A DNA stretch of 64,000 nt from Thermodesulfovibrionales bacterium (lineage in GTDB: Bacteria > Nitrospirota > Thermodesulfovibrionia > Thermodesulfovibrionales > Dissulfurispiraceae). Where the stretch lies: positions 1,624-65,623 of the forward strand of contig JAOAHE010000003.1 of assembly GCA_026415415.1 (NCBI GenBank). The letters run 5' to 3'. Below, in pieces: positions 28,536-36,076 of this stretch. The notes below the pieces were generated by a model that saw nothing but the letters and a program-made list of their open reading frames with translations, searched no databases and had not been told where the DNA came from. Position 1 is the first letter of the stretch. Every line of letters starts with the position of its first letter. The translations under genes and the position numbers were made by a program.

Positions 28536-29207
28536 GTGGAAGAAAAAATGTTAAGAATGAAATTTATAGCTTTACTTATATTAGTTTTTTGCTTTCAAAT
28601 AGCAGGCTTAGATATTTCGTGGGGATATGATCTAAATAAGATACAAGCTGCACTTAACAGTAAAGATTGGCAAGTTCGCCTTTCAACAGTTGAAAAACTT
28701 AGAGAATTTAACGACAAAAGATCTTTACAGTTTCTACTTGAAGTGGCAGGAGCAAGAGGTGAATATTGGCCCGTAAAGATTAAAGCTATTCAACTGTTGG
28801 GTGAAAGGGCTGACAACGAGGCGATACCTGTTTTGCTTGAGATTTACAATGATATTTTTCTACATAGTGAGTGTCCTTCTATTAAATCTTATACAGCTAC
28901 CGCACTTGGGAACTTTAAAAATAATGAACAAGTTTTCAAGGCTTTATTGGCAGGGATAGATGACCCTGAGCTTTTGATTAGAGAATCTTCCATAGAGGCA
29001 CTTGGTAGGATTGGTAACCCTAAAGCTACTGAACACCTTATTAAACTTCTTGATGATAAAAGCTTTGCCATTAAACATTCAGTTATTAAGGCACTTGCTA
29101 ATATAGGAGATAAAAAGGCTTTACCCTATTTAAATAAGATACTTGAAAGCGACCCTGATCCAGTTATAAGAGATATTGTTTTTTCTGCTATAGAGAAGAT
29201 TAATTGA
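28536..29207 (+). CDS. Secreted HEAT-repeat (PBS-lyase-type) protein
   Basis: N-terminal signal-like hydrophobic segment, then repeated ~30-aa units of the pattern D..W.VR..A..AL(G)..G..KA...L. 223 aa. Confidence 0.7.
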   Translation: MEEKMLRMKFIALLILVFCFQIAGLDISWGYDLNKIQAALNSKDWQVRLSTVEKLREFNDKRSLQFLLEVAGARGEYWPVKIKAIQLLGERADNEAIPVLLEIYNDIFLHSECPSIKSYTATALGNFKNNEQVFKALLAGIDDPELLIRESSIEALGRIGNPKATEHLIKLLDDKSFAIKHSVIKALANIGDKKALPYLNKILESDPDPVIRDIVFSAIEKIN

Positions 29208-29508
29208 TTGTTCACTTCTGTCATTAAAGTTCTTATTATATAAAATACAGGCTTTAGAGCACAGCAGAGATATTGAAAGTAAAGAGAGAAGATAAGTTTT
29301 TTTGAGGAGTTTTCTATCACTGGAGTTTTAGGTATTAGTCATCCTTTTGAGAGGCTTTTTTAAAGTGCATAGGTTAAGTAAATACTTTTGATGATCGTTA
29401 TTGCTTAAGTAAAAAATTATTTTTCAACTTAGTAGATTTTTTGATTTATCTATATTCTTTTATTTTTATCTCTTTTAAGTATGCTGAAATATCCAAGAGG
29501 GAAAAAAT

Positions 29509-29526
29509 AAAGGGTTGCCCTTTTTT
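29509..29526. terminator. Weak bidirectional hairpin terminator downstream of the cytochrome operon
   Basis: AAAGGG-TTG-CCCTTT stem-loop flanked by an A-run upstream and a T-run downstream. On the minus strand it follows the cytochrome c stop (29572) and is followed by TTTATTTTTT. Confidence 0.35.
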
Positions 29527-29571
29527 ATATAATATAACGAAAGGACACCCTTAATTTTTGTTTAAAACTTT

Positions 29572-29949
29572 TTATCTCTTGCTAATCTTGTTTAGACCCT
29601 TTACACCAATATGGCACCTTGTACACTGTCTATCCATAGCAAACCCTTTTTTACCATCATGGCATACACCACAGTATTTACCTTTACTAAAGGATTTATG
29701 ATTAAAATCATCTTTCTTTTCAACATTTAAAGCTTCCATCTGGAAGATCTTATCATGACAGATGTTACAGCTTATTCCATAGTCTTCTGAGTGAGCCTTA
29801 TGGTTGAAACTTACAGCTTTAACAGGCTTTGTATATATAATTAAGTCTTCATTTCCTCCTTGTTCAGCAAGTGATGATTTAGTTGTAAGGAGAAAATATA
29901 ATCCAGTTAAAAGCATCAAAGTTAATAACAAAATTTTTAATTTTTTCAT
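29572..29949 (-). CDS. Periplasmic triheme c7/c3-type cytochrome c
   Basis: Signal/anchor segment, then VSFNHKAH...CNICH, CGVCH, CTRCH (three CXXCH motifs with c7-like spacing). 125 aa. Confidence 0.8.
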   Translation of the reverse strand: MKKLKILLLTLMLLTGLYFLLTTKSSLAEQGGNEDLIIYTKPVKAVSFNHKAHSEDYGISCNICHDKIFQMEALNVEKKDDFNHKSFSKGKYCGVCHDGKKGFAMDRQCTRCHIGVKGLNKISKR

Positions 29950-29981
29950 TTACCCTCCAGTTACTGATAATGGTTATTGAA

Positions 29982-30728
29982 CTATCCCCTTGTATAAAAA
30001 ACATTTGGAGCTGCACCACTTTCTGGACGTATTACCCAAACTGTCTTTTCAACTTGATGAATCATTTGGTAAAGTTCGCTACCAGGGTTGGAAAGATCAC
30101 CAAATATTCTCACCTTTGCAGGACAAGCTTCGGAGCAGGCAGTAGTTGTCAACCCTTTTGAGAGCCTATTAGTATAGCAAAAGTCACATTTGTCAACAGA
30201 TCGTATCTCTTCATTATAATACCGTGCGTTATATGGACATGCAGTCATACAGGTTTTACAGCCTATGCATTTTTTGTAGTTCATCATTACGATGCCATTT
30301 TTGCTATCTTTGTATGTTGCTTTAGTAGGACACCCTGTTACGCAAGGAGGTCTATTACACTGATTGCATAAAACGGGTATGAACTCAACTTGCTGATCTA
30401 CTGCCATAGACACTTTTCTATGAAGAATATTAGTTCTATATCCATAGGTAGGAACATTATTGGTCTTGATACATGCCTCAAGACATAGCTCACAGTCAAT
30501 ACATCTATTCTGATAAATTAACATGCTGTAATGAGGCTTATAGGGATATTGCTCTTTTGAGAAGGCAAAACTCTTATTTGCAATAGATAAGAGGGAAAGA
30601 ATCTTGCCTCCTGCAAGTAGTCCTGTTACAGCAAATCCCATCTTTAAGAATTTTCTTCTTTCTATTTTCGGGAGTAAATCAGGTGATTCTATTTGAGAAT
30701 CTTTTAAATCCAGTTTCTTTGGAATCAT
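29982..30728 (-). CDS. Tat-exported 4Fe-4S ferredoxin-type subunit (NrfC/HybA/DsrO-like)
   Basis: Twin-arginine motif ERRKFLK. Four Cys groups (CIDCELCLEAC, CNQCNRPPCVTGCP, CIGCKTCMTACP, CDFC...CSEACP). 248 aa. Confidence 0.85.
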   Translation of the reverse strand: MIPKKLDLKDSQIESPDLLPKIERRKFLKMGFAVTGLLAGGKILSLLSIANKSFAFSKEQYPYKPHYSMLIYQNRCIDCELCLEACIKTNNVPTYGYRTNILHRKVSMAVDQQVEFIPVLCNQCNRPPCVTGCPTKATYKDSKNGIVMMNYKKCIGCKTCMTACPYNARYYNEEIRSVDKCDFCYTNRLSKGLTTTACSEACPAKVRIFGDLSNPGSELYQMIHQVEKTVWVIRPESGAAPNVFYTRG

Positions 30729-30760
30729 TGTATCTCCTTTTTTTGATGTAATAATCTTTA

Positions 30761-32041
30761 TTACTTTGATGTCTCAGTCTTTATTGGTTCAAGTACCTTA
30801 AGGGCAGAAGTGGCAGTCTCGTACTCATGTTCTTCAACTTTGTGAGCATTGAAGATTTTCTCTCCTAATAAAAATACAGTCCCGACGATGCCAATACCTC
30901 CTAATACAACGAGTATCTCATGAATAGACGGAGAGTAAGAAAGAAGGGTTTCGTATTCGTTTACCCCTAACTCATAATAAACAGGTACAATCTGACCTAC
31001 AACGACAAGATCATATCTCATAAAGAATATTCCAAATATCATTAAAGCTGATCCTGCGAAAATCATTTTTAAGTTCTTACCTTTTGATAGTATATACATA
31101 ACTAAAGGTGCAATCATTCCCATACCTATCTCAAGAAACCAAAAGTTAAGCGCATATTTACCAGCTAAGAGAGTCATGAATGCTTCTGTCTTTCCTTCAG
31201 TTCCCACAAAACCAGTAATCATCTTCCAGGCAGTAAAGAACATTATAATACATATGGCTAATATTCCAACTTTTGTTGTAACCTCTAAAGCTCTTGATAC
31301 AGCACTGTCTATTCTTTCACTGTTCACTCTGTGGGCTAAATATGTGAAGAATAATATAGTAGCACATCCTGACATAATGGCAGAGGCGATAAAATATATA
31401 GGCATGTATGGACCATACCAGAACTCCCTGCCATGAAGCATACCAAATACAGCACCAAGATTGCTATGAGCTGCTATACCTGAGATTACTCCCATAAAGC
31501 CTGCATAAGTAGCAACTTTGTGTTTATCAAGTTGAAGGAATATAAACTCTAATATCATAAAGAACAGGTATGCTCCATAAAGAGTCCCCATCCACCAAAT
31601 ATTAGAAGTGAGATTTGGTGAGATTACATTGTATATAGCCATCCTAAATGGATTTTCTATCTCAAAGAAAATTACCGTAAAACCAGCTACAATAGTGACG
31701 ATAGAGAGGAAAACAGATCTTTTTGCTATTGGCATAAAATCTTTAACGCCAAAGACATGTCCTATTGATGATACAAGACATAGCCCTGTTGAGGTGACAA
31801 CAAAAAATACATAAGTAGATATTAATATCCCCCATGGTACCTCACGGGTTACATTATATGCATGATGATACCCAATATACATTGCATGAAGTCCTGCACC
31901 TACTCCAGCTATAGCCATTAAGATAAATAATCCTAGGGCTAAATAAAAAGACTTGCTCAGTCCTGTAAGTCTACCAATTAAAATATCCCATTTTGTTGGT
32001 ATGACAACCTCTGCAACTTGTTGTGTTTTTGTCTCGGCCAT
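30761..32041 (-). CDS. NrfD/PsrC/DsrP-family integral membrane quinone-interacting subunit
   Basis: 426-aa polytopic ORF (roughly ten hydrophobic segments) immediately upstream of the Tat-FeS subunit. This is the typical NrfCD-type pairing. Confidence 0.82.
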   Translation of the reverse strand: MAETKTQQVAEVVIPTKWDILIGRLTGLSKSFYLALGLFILMAIAGVGAGLHAMYIGYHHAYNVTREVPWGILISTYVFFVVTSTGLCLVSSIGHVFGVKDFMPIAKRSVFLSIVTIVAGFTVIFFEIENPFRMAIYNVISPNLTSNIWWMGTLYGAYLFFMILEFIFLQLDKHKVATYAGFMGVISGIAAHSNLGAVFGMLHGREFWYGPYMPIYFIASAIMSGCATILFFTYLAHRVNSERIDSAVSRALEVTTKVGILAICIIMFFTAWKMITGFVGTEGKTEAFMTLLAGKYALNFWFLEIGMGMIAPLVMYILSKGKNLKMIFAGSALMIFGIFFMRYDLVVVGQIVPVYYELGVNEYETLLSYSPSIHEILVVLGGIGIVGTVFLLGEKIFNAHKVEEHEYETATSALKVLEPIKTETSK

Positions 32042-32061
32042 CTTTCTAACCTCCTTTGAAA

Positions 32062-32394
32062 TTAAGCCCTATTTACCTTTGTCTGTAGTTCATTTAGATT
32101 CTCTTTCTTTGCTTTTATAACCTCTATCACATATCCGCATAACCAGCCTGTCAAAGATAAACCAACTACAAAAATAGCACCTGTTATTAAAACCCCTAAA
32201 ACCATTGTAATCCCAACTATTACTCTTGGCAGTATTGCCATACCAAGAGGAACTCCAAAAATATGGCTTGCTATTTTTAATCCTAATACACCACCTATAA
32301 AAGAGCTGGGCAATAATCCTATAAAAGCAAATAAAATAATCCCTACAATTGCACCAGTGTATAAGCCTTTTTTAGATAAATCCATTGTTTTCAT
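32062..32394 (-). CDS. Small membrane protein, paralogue 2 (unknown family)
   Basis: 110 aa, three hydrophobic Gly-rich segments. Shares the block KKG..GAI.G.ILFA..GL.PSSFIGGV.GLKIA with the upstream ORF. 20 nt upstream of the NrfD-like gene. Confidence 0.6.
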   Translation of the reverse strand: MKTMDLSKKGLYTGAIVGIILFAFIGLLPSSFIGGVLGLKIASHIFGVPLGMAILPRVIVGITMVLGVLITGAIFVVGLSLTGWLCGYVIEVIKAKKENLNELQTKVNRA

Positions 32395-32410
32395 AATTCC
32401 TCCTTTTAAT

Positions 32411-32719
32411 TTAAGCTATCTTGGGTACTGTTTTTCTTCTGAAGTTTACTCTTAAGTTAGAAAATAACCAACCCACCAAAGACGCCCCACCTACAAAGAT
32501 TAGTCCTGTTACTACTATCCCTACAACCATTGAAAAGCCAACAATGGCTCTTGAAAATATCTCTGTGCCAATTGACAAACCAAAAAGAAACCTTGCAATC
32601 TTGAGCCCAACAACACCTCCTATAAAAGAGCTGGGGAACAACCCAACAACTGCAAAAAGGATCAGACCTGATATGGCACCTACTATCATTCCCTTTTTTG
32701 TTATTTCTTTGTTACTCAT
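32411..32719 (-). CDS. Small membrane protein, paralogue 1 (unknown family)
   Basis: 102 aa. By hand alignment, about 48 of 80 positions are identical to the 110-aa neighbour. First gene of the five-gene minus-strand operon. Confidence 0.6.
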   Translation of the reverse strand: MSNKEITKKGMIVGAISGLILFAVVGLFPSSFIGGVVGLKIARFLFGLSIGTEIFSRAIVGFSMVVGIVVTGLIFVGGASLVGWLFSNLRVNFRRKTVPKIA

Positions 32720-32803
32720 ATCGCCTCCTCTTTTTTATTATAAAGAAGCAAAGTTAGTGCCATTTCAAAACTATTTGAGAAATAAAGATTTTGAGCTAAG
32801 TTT

Positions 32804-32820
32804 TTTTGCAACTTTGCAAA
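32804..32820. promoter_or_regulatory. Near-perfect palindrome TTTGCAA-CT-TTGCAAA in a divergent promoter region
   Basis: Read directly: 14 of 16 positions are self-complementary. It lies between the small-membrane/NrfD operon (-) and the ABC transporter (+). Confidence 0.3.
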
Positions 32821-32884
32821 GACTGATGTTTTAAATTTCTTAAATGCAAAAACAAGTTAGTAATTAAATGCTATAATTACATCC

Positions 32885-33607
32885 ATGGTCGTAGTGTTTG
32901 GAAAAGGTTTAGTAAAAGATTATAGTAATTTTAGAGCAGTTGATAATATTAACTTTGAGATAAATAAAGGTGAATGTTATGGTTTTTTAGGACCCAATGG
33001 GGCAGGCAAAACTACTGTTATGAGGATGATATATTGCTTTACTTTACCTACCAAGGGGGAATTAAAAGTTTTTGGTATGGATGTGTACAAAGATGCAAGA
33101 TTGATAAAAGCTAAGGTAGGGGTAATGCCTCAAGATGATAACCTTGATATTGATTTGACAGTTATAGAAAACTTAATAGTTTATGGGAGATACTTTGATA
33201 TACCTAAGAAAGTATCAAAAACTAAAGCAATCAAACTTCTTGAGTTTGTGGGATTAGTTGATAAAGCAGACATCTCTATACAAAAACTTTCAGGCGGTAT
33301 GAGAAGAAGACTACTGCTTGCAAGGGCTTTAATAAATGATCCAGAGTTGTTAATATTAGATGAGCCTACTGTGGGTTTGGACCCCCACAGTAGGCATATC
33401 CTTTGGGATAGCCTTAAAGTATTAAAATCAAAGGGTGTCACTATTATAGTTACTACCCATTATATGGAAGAAGCAGAAGAGATCTGCGATTATGTTGCTT
33501 TTATGGAGTCTGGAAGGATAATAATTGTTGATAAACCGTTAAACTTAACAAAAAGATTTGGCGGTAACCTTGAAAAGGTATTCATGAAATTAACGGAGAA
33601 ACATTGA
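32885..33607 (+). CDS. ABC transporter ATP-binding protein (ABC-2/NodI/DrrA-like exporter type)
   Basis: Walker A GPNGAGKTT, signature LSGGMRRR, Walker B LILDEPTVGLD. 240 aa. Confidence 0.9.
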   Translation: MVVVFGKGLVKDYSNFRAVDNINFEINKGECYGFLGPNGAGKTTVMRMIYCFTLPTKGELKVFGMDVYKDARLIKAKVGVMPQDDNLDIDLTVIENLIVYGRYFDIPKKVSKTKAIKLLEFVGLVDKADISIQKLSGGMRRRLLLARALINDPELLILDEPTVGLDPHSRHILWDSLKVLKSKGVTIIVTTHYMEEAEEICDYVAFMESGRIIIVDKPLNLTKRFGGNLEKVFMKLTEKH

Positions 33608-34356
33608 GCCTGAAAAAAGCTATCAGAGTGTGGCAAAGACATTTTACATTATATCGTAAGATATTTAAGTCAAGTCTTGTCCTGAATTTTGTTGACCCTA
33701 TTCTTTACCTTGCTGCTTTAGGGTTGGGGCTGGGTTTTTTTATAAAAGATATAAATGGTATTCCTTACTTAAGATTTATCGCCCCAGGTATTATAGCCTC
33801 ATCTGCTATGTTTGCCACAGTTTATGAATGCACTTATGGAACCTATGTAAGAATGCATTACCAAAAGACTTTTGATGCCATTCTGTCGGCGCCTATAAAT
33901 ATTTATGAATTAATAACTGGGGAGATACTTTGGGGTGCCACAAAAAGTGCCTTCTATGGTTTAAGTATAATAATTGTGATCTCTTTTTTTGGATTAGTTG
34001 ACTCAATACTAATTGTCCTGTTGATTCCAATCCTTTTTATATCTGGTGTAATTTTTGCCCAGCTATCTCTTATTGCTGTAGCTTTAGTGCCTGCAATAGA
34101 TTCTTTCAATTATTTCTATACACTTTTCATAACCCCTATGTTTCTATTCTCTGGTATTTTTTTCCCCCTGGAAGGCTTTCCTCCTATCGTATCCAGTATT
34201 GCTTTTTTAACTCCCCTTTATCATATTGTAAACATCTCAAGAGCTTTAGCTTTTGGAGAGCTTACAATATGGGAAGACTTAATATGGTTATTAGTAGTCT
34301 GTTTAATTTTGACACCAGTATCTTACAAACTTATGAAAAGGCGGGTTATGACCTAA
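33604..34356 (+). CDS. ABC-2 type transporter permease
   Basis: 250-aa six-TM ORF overlapping the ATPase gene by 4 nt. Typical ABC-2 (NodJ-like) layout. Confidence 0.82.
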   Translation: MSLKKAIRVWQRHFTLYRKIFKSSLVLNFVDPILYLAALGLGLGFFIKDINGIPYLRFIAPGIIASSAMFATVYECTYGTYVRMHYQKTFDAILSAPINIYELITGEILWGATKSAFYGLSIIIVISFFGLVDSILIVLLIPILFISGVIFAQLSLIAVALVPAIDSFNYFYTLFITPMFLFSGIFFPLEGFPPIVSSIAFLTPLYHIVNISRALAFGELTIWEDLIWLLVVCLILTPVSYKLMKRRVMT

Positions 34357-34667
34357 TCTAAAATTTATCTATAGAAGGGCAGACAAATACATAACATATA
34401 ATTATAAAACTAATGGCAAATTTATTAAATTTCTGTGTATGGTATGTGCCGGTAAACTTCTTAAGAAAAGTAGTTTGTATTTTTTTAAATATGCGAATTG
34501 ATTTTAACACTGCTTATGAATAAATAGCTTTAAATTATAATTGCTTAACTTGGAGACATGTGGTGATGAGATAGTTTTAGAATAGAGATTCTTATTATAG
34601 ATTTAATAAAGGATTTTAAGTCAAATTAAGAGGCTACAGCTTTTAAGATTTTGACCTTGGAGCTTAA

Positions 34668-35549
34668 TTAGAGGAATTTCATACTAATATCTACAGCTCT
34701 TGCAGAGTGAGTAAGAGCACCTATTGAGATGAAATCTATTCCGGTTTCAGCAATTTTTCTAACATTTTCAATATTTACCCCACCAGATGCCTCAAGCAGT
34801 ATCTTTTTTTTGAAGTCACTACAATATTTATCCCTTATCCTCACAGCTTCAATCATTGTTTCAATACTCATGTTATCAAGCATGATAACATCAGCACCGC
34901 TGATCAATGCTTCTTCAAATTCCTCAAGGCTTTTGACCTCTATCTCTATCTTCAACAAATGATGAGCATTGCTGGCAAGCTTAATTGCCTTTTCTATGCC
35001 CCCTACCATCTTGATATGATTGTCTTTTATCAATAGTCCATCAGATAGGTTAAAACGGTGATTAACTCCTCCGCCTACTCTGACACCGTATTTTTCCATA
35101 AACCTCATACAAGGAGTGGTTTTTCTAGTATCAATGATCTTAACAGCTAATCCTTTGACTTGCTCGACAAAAGAACGAGTAAGTGTGGCAACCCCAGAAA
35201 GCCTTTGTAGTATATTGAGTGATATTCTCTCAGCAAGAAGCAAACTTCTTGCTAACCCAACAGCTTCACCTATAACTTGAGATTTTTTAACATCTTCTCC
35301 GTCATTAATAAAAACCTTAAGTTCCATGTTGTCATCTATTATCTTGAAAACTTCAAGAACAAAGGGGATGCCAGCTAAAACAAAATCCTCTTTTGCTATT
35401 ATGTATGCTATAGCTTCTTTTTGAGGAGAAATTAATAAACGAGAAGTTATATCACCTTGCCCCTCGTCTTCTAAGACCGCCATCTTTAGAAACTCCTTTA
35501 CATAGAAGGGGATTGAGGTATCTTCTTGTCTATAAACTGAAGTGTTCAT
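34668..35549 (-). CDS. nadC: Nicotinate-nucleotide pyrophosphorylase (quinolinate phosphoribosyltransferase)
   Basis: DTRKTTP, GGGVNHR, IKDNH, and MLDN motifs. 293 aa. Confidence 0.92.
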   Translation of the reverse strand: MNTSVYRQEDTSIPFYVKEFLKMAVLEDEGQGDITSRLLISPQKEAIAYIIAKEDFVLAGIPFVLEVFKIIDDNMELKVFINDGEDVKKSQVIGEAVGLARSLLLAERISLNILQRLSGVATLTRSFVEQVKGLAVKIIDTRKTTPCMRFMEKYGVRVGGGVNHRFNLSDGLLIKDNHIKMVGGIEKAIKLASNAHHLLKIEIEVKSLEEFEEALISGADVIMLDNMSIETMIEAVRIRDKYCSDFKKKILLEASGGVNIENVRKIAETGIDFISIGALTHSARAVDISMKFL

Positions 35550-35577
35550 TTAACCAACTTTTAGTTGCTGAAGAATC

Positions 35578-36060
35578 TTATCTTTTTTTAAGTAGTTGTA
35601 TTAAACCATAAATACCACCTGCAACTATTCCAAAGGCAAGGGCTGAACGCCAGTCTATTATGGTATTAACCTCACCGCTAATGTTTCTCCCTATCATAAA
35701 AAGGGTGGCAGAGTTATTAGCCTGAATGTCTTTAGATGCCATAATGCCTATGGCGCTTTTATTTATAGTTACTTCACCTGTATTGACCGAGATAGGGGAG
35801 AAAGAAAGATTCATGTTAGTATTGTCACCACAACAAATTATACCTATACTCTGATTTAGAGAGAGATTTTTACCTCTTACTACAACAGAACCCCCTTGGG
35901 TCATCTCTGCTCTATCAGCATCTACAGTTAAGGCAGCTGATTGCTGTAACTCTACATGAATACCTTCAGCCGCTCTCATCGTACTTTGTCTTATTTTTAA
36001 AATATCAGCCTCAACTATATCAAGACTTTTACCTTCGATTTCTTGTTCAATCTTTTCCAT
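35578..36060 (-). CDS. Hypothetical beta-rich protein with C-terminal membrane anchor
   Basis: 160 aa. The central region shows short repetitive strand-like segments rich in N/S/G/I. The C-terminal TM is ALAFGIVAGGIYGLIQLL followed by KKR. 16 nt downstream of valS. Confidence 0.5.
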   Translation of the reverse strand: MEKIEQEIEGKSLDIVEADILKIRQSTMRAAEGIHVELQQSAALTVDADRAEMTQGGSVVVRGKNLSLNQSIGIICCGDNTNMNLSFSPISVNTGEVTINKSAIGIMASKDIQANNSATLFMIGRNISGEVNTIIDWRSALAFGIVAGGIYGLIQLLKKR

Positions 36061-36076
36061 ATTTTCCTCTTAGTTT

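Noticed and set aside
32421-32834. 137-aa plus-strand ORF (Pro/Thr-rich) antisense to the small membrane protein gene.
   Set aside because: Its composition mirrors the Gly/Val/Ile-rich minus-strand gene, which has a paralogue next door and an operon context. The antisense ORF lacks an RBS and any family resemblance.
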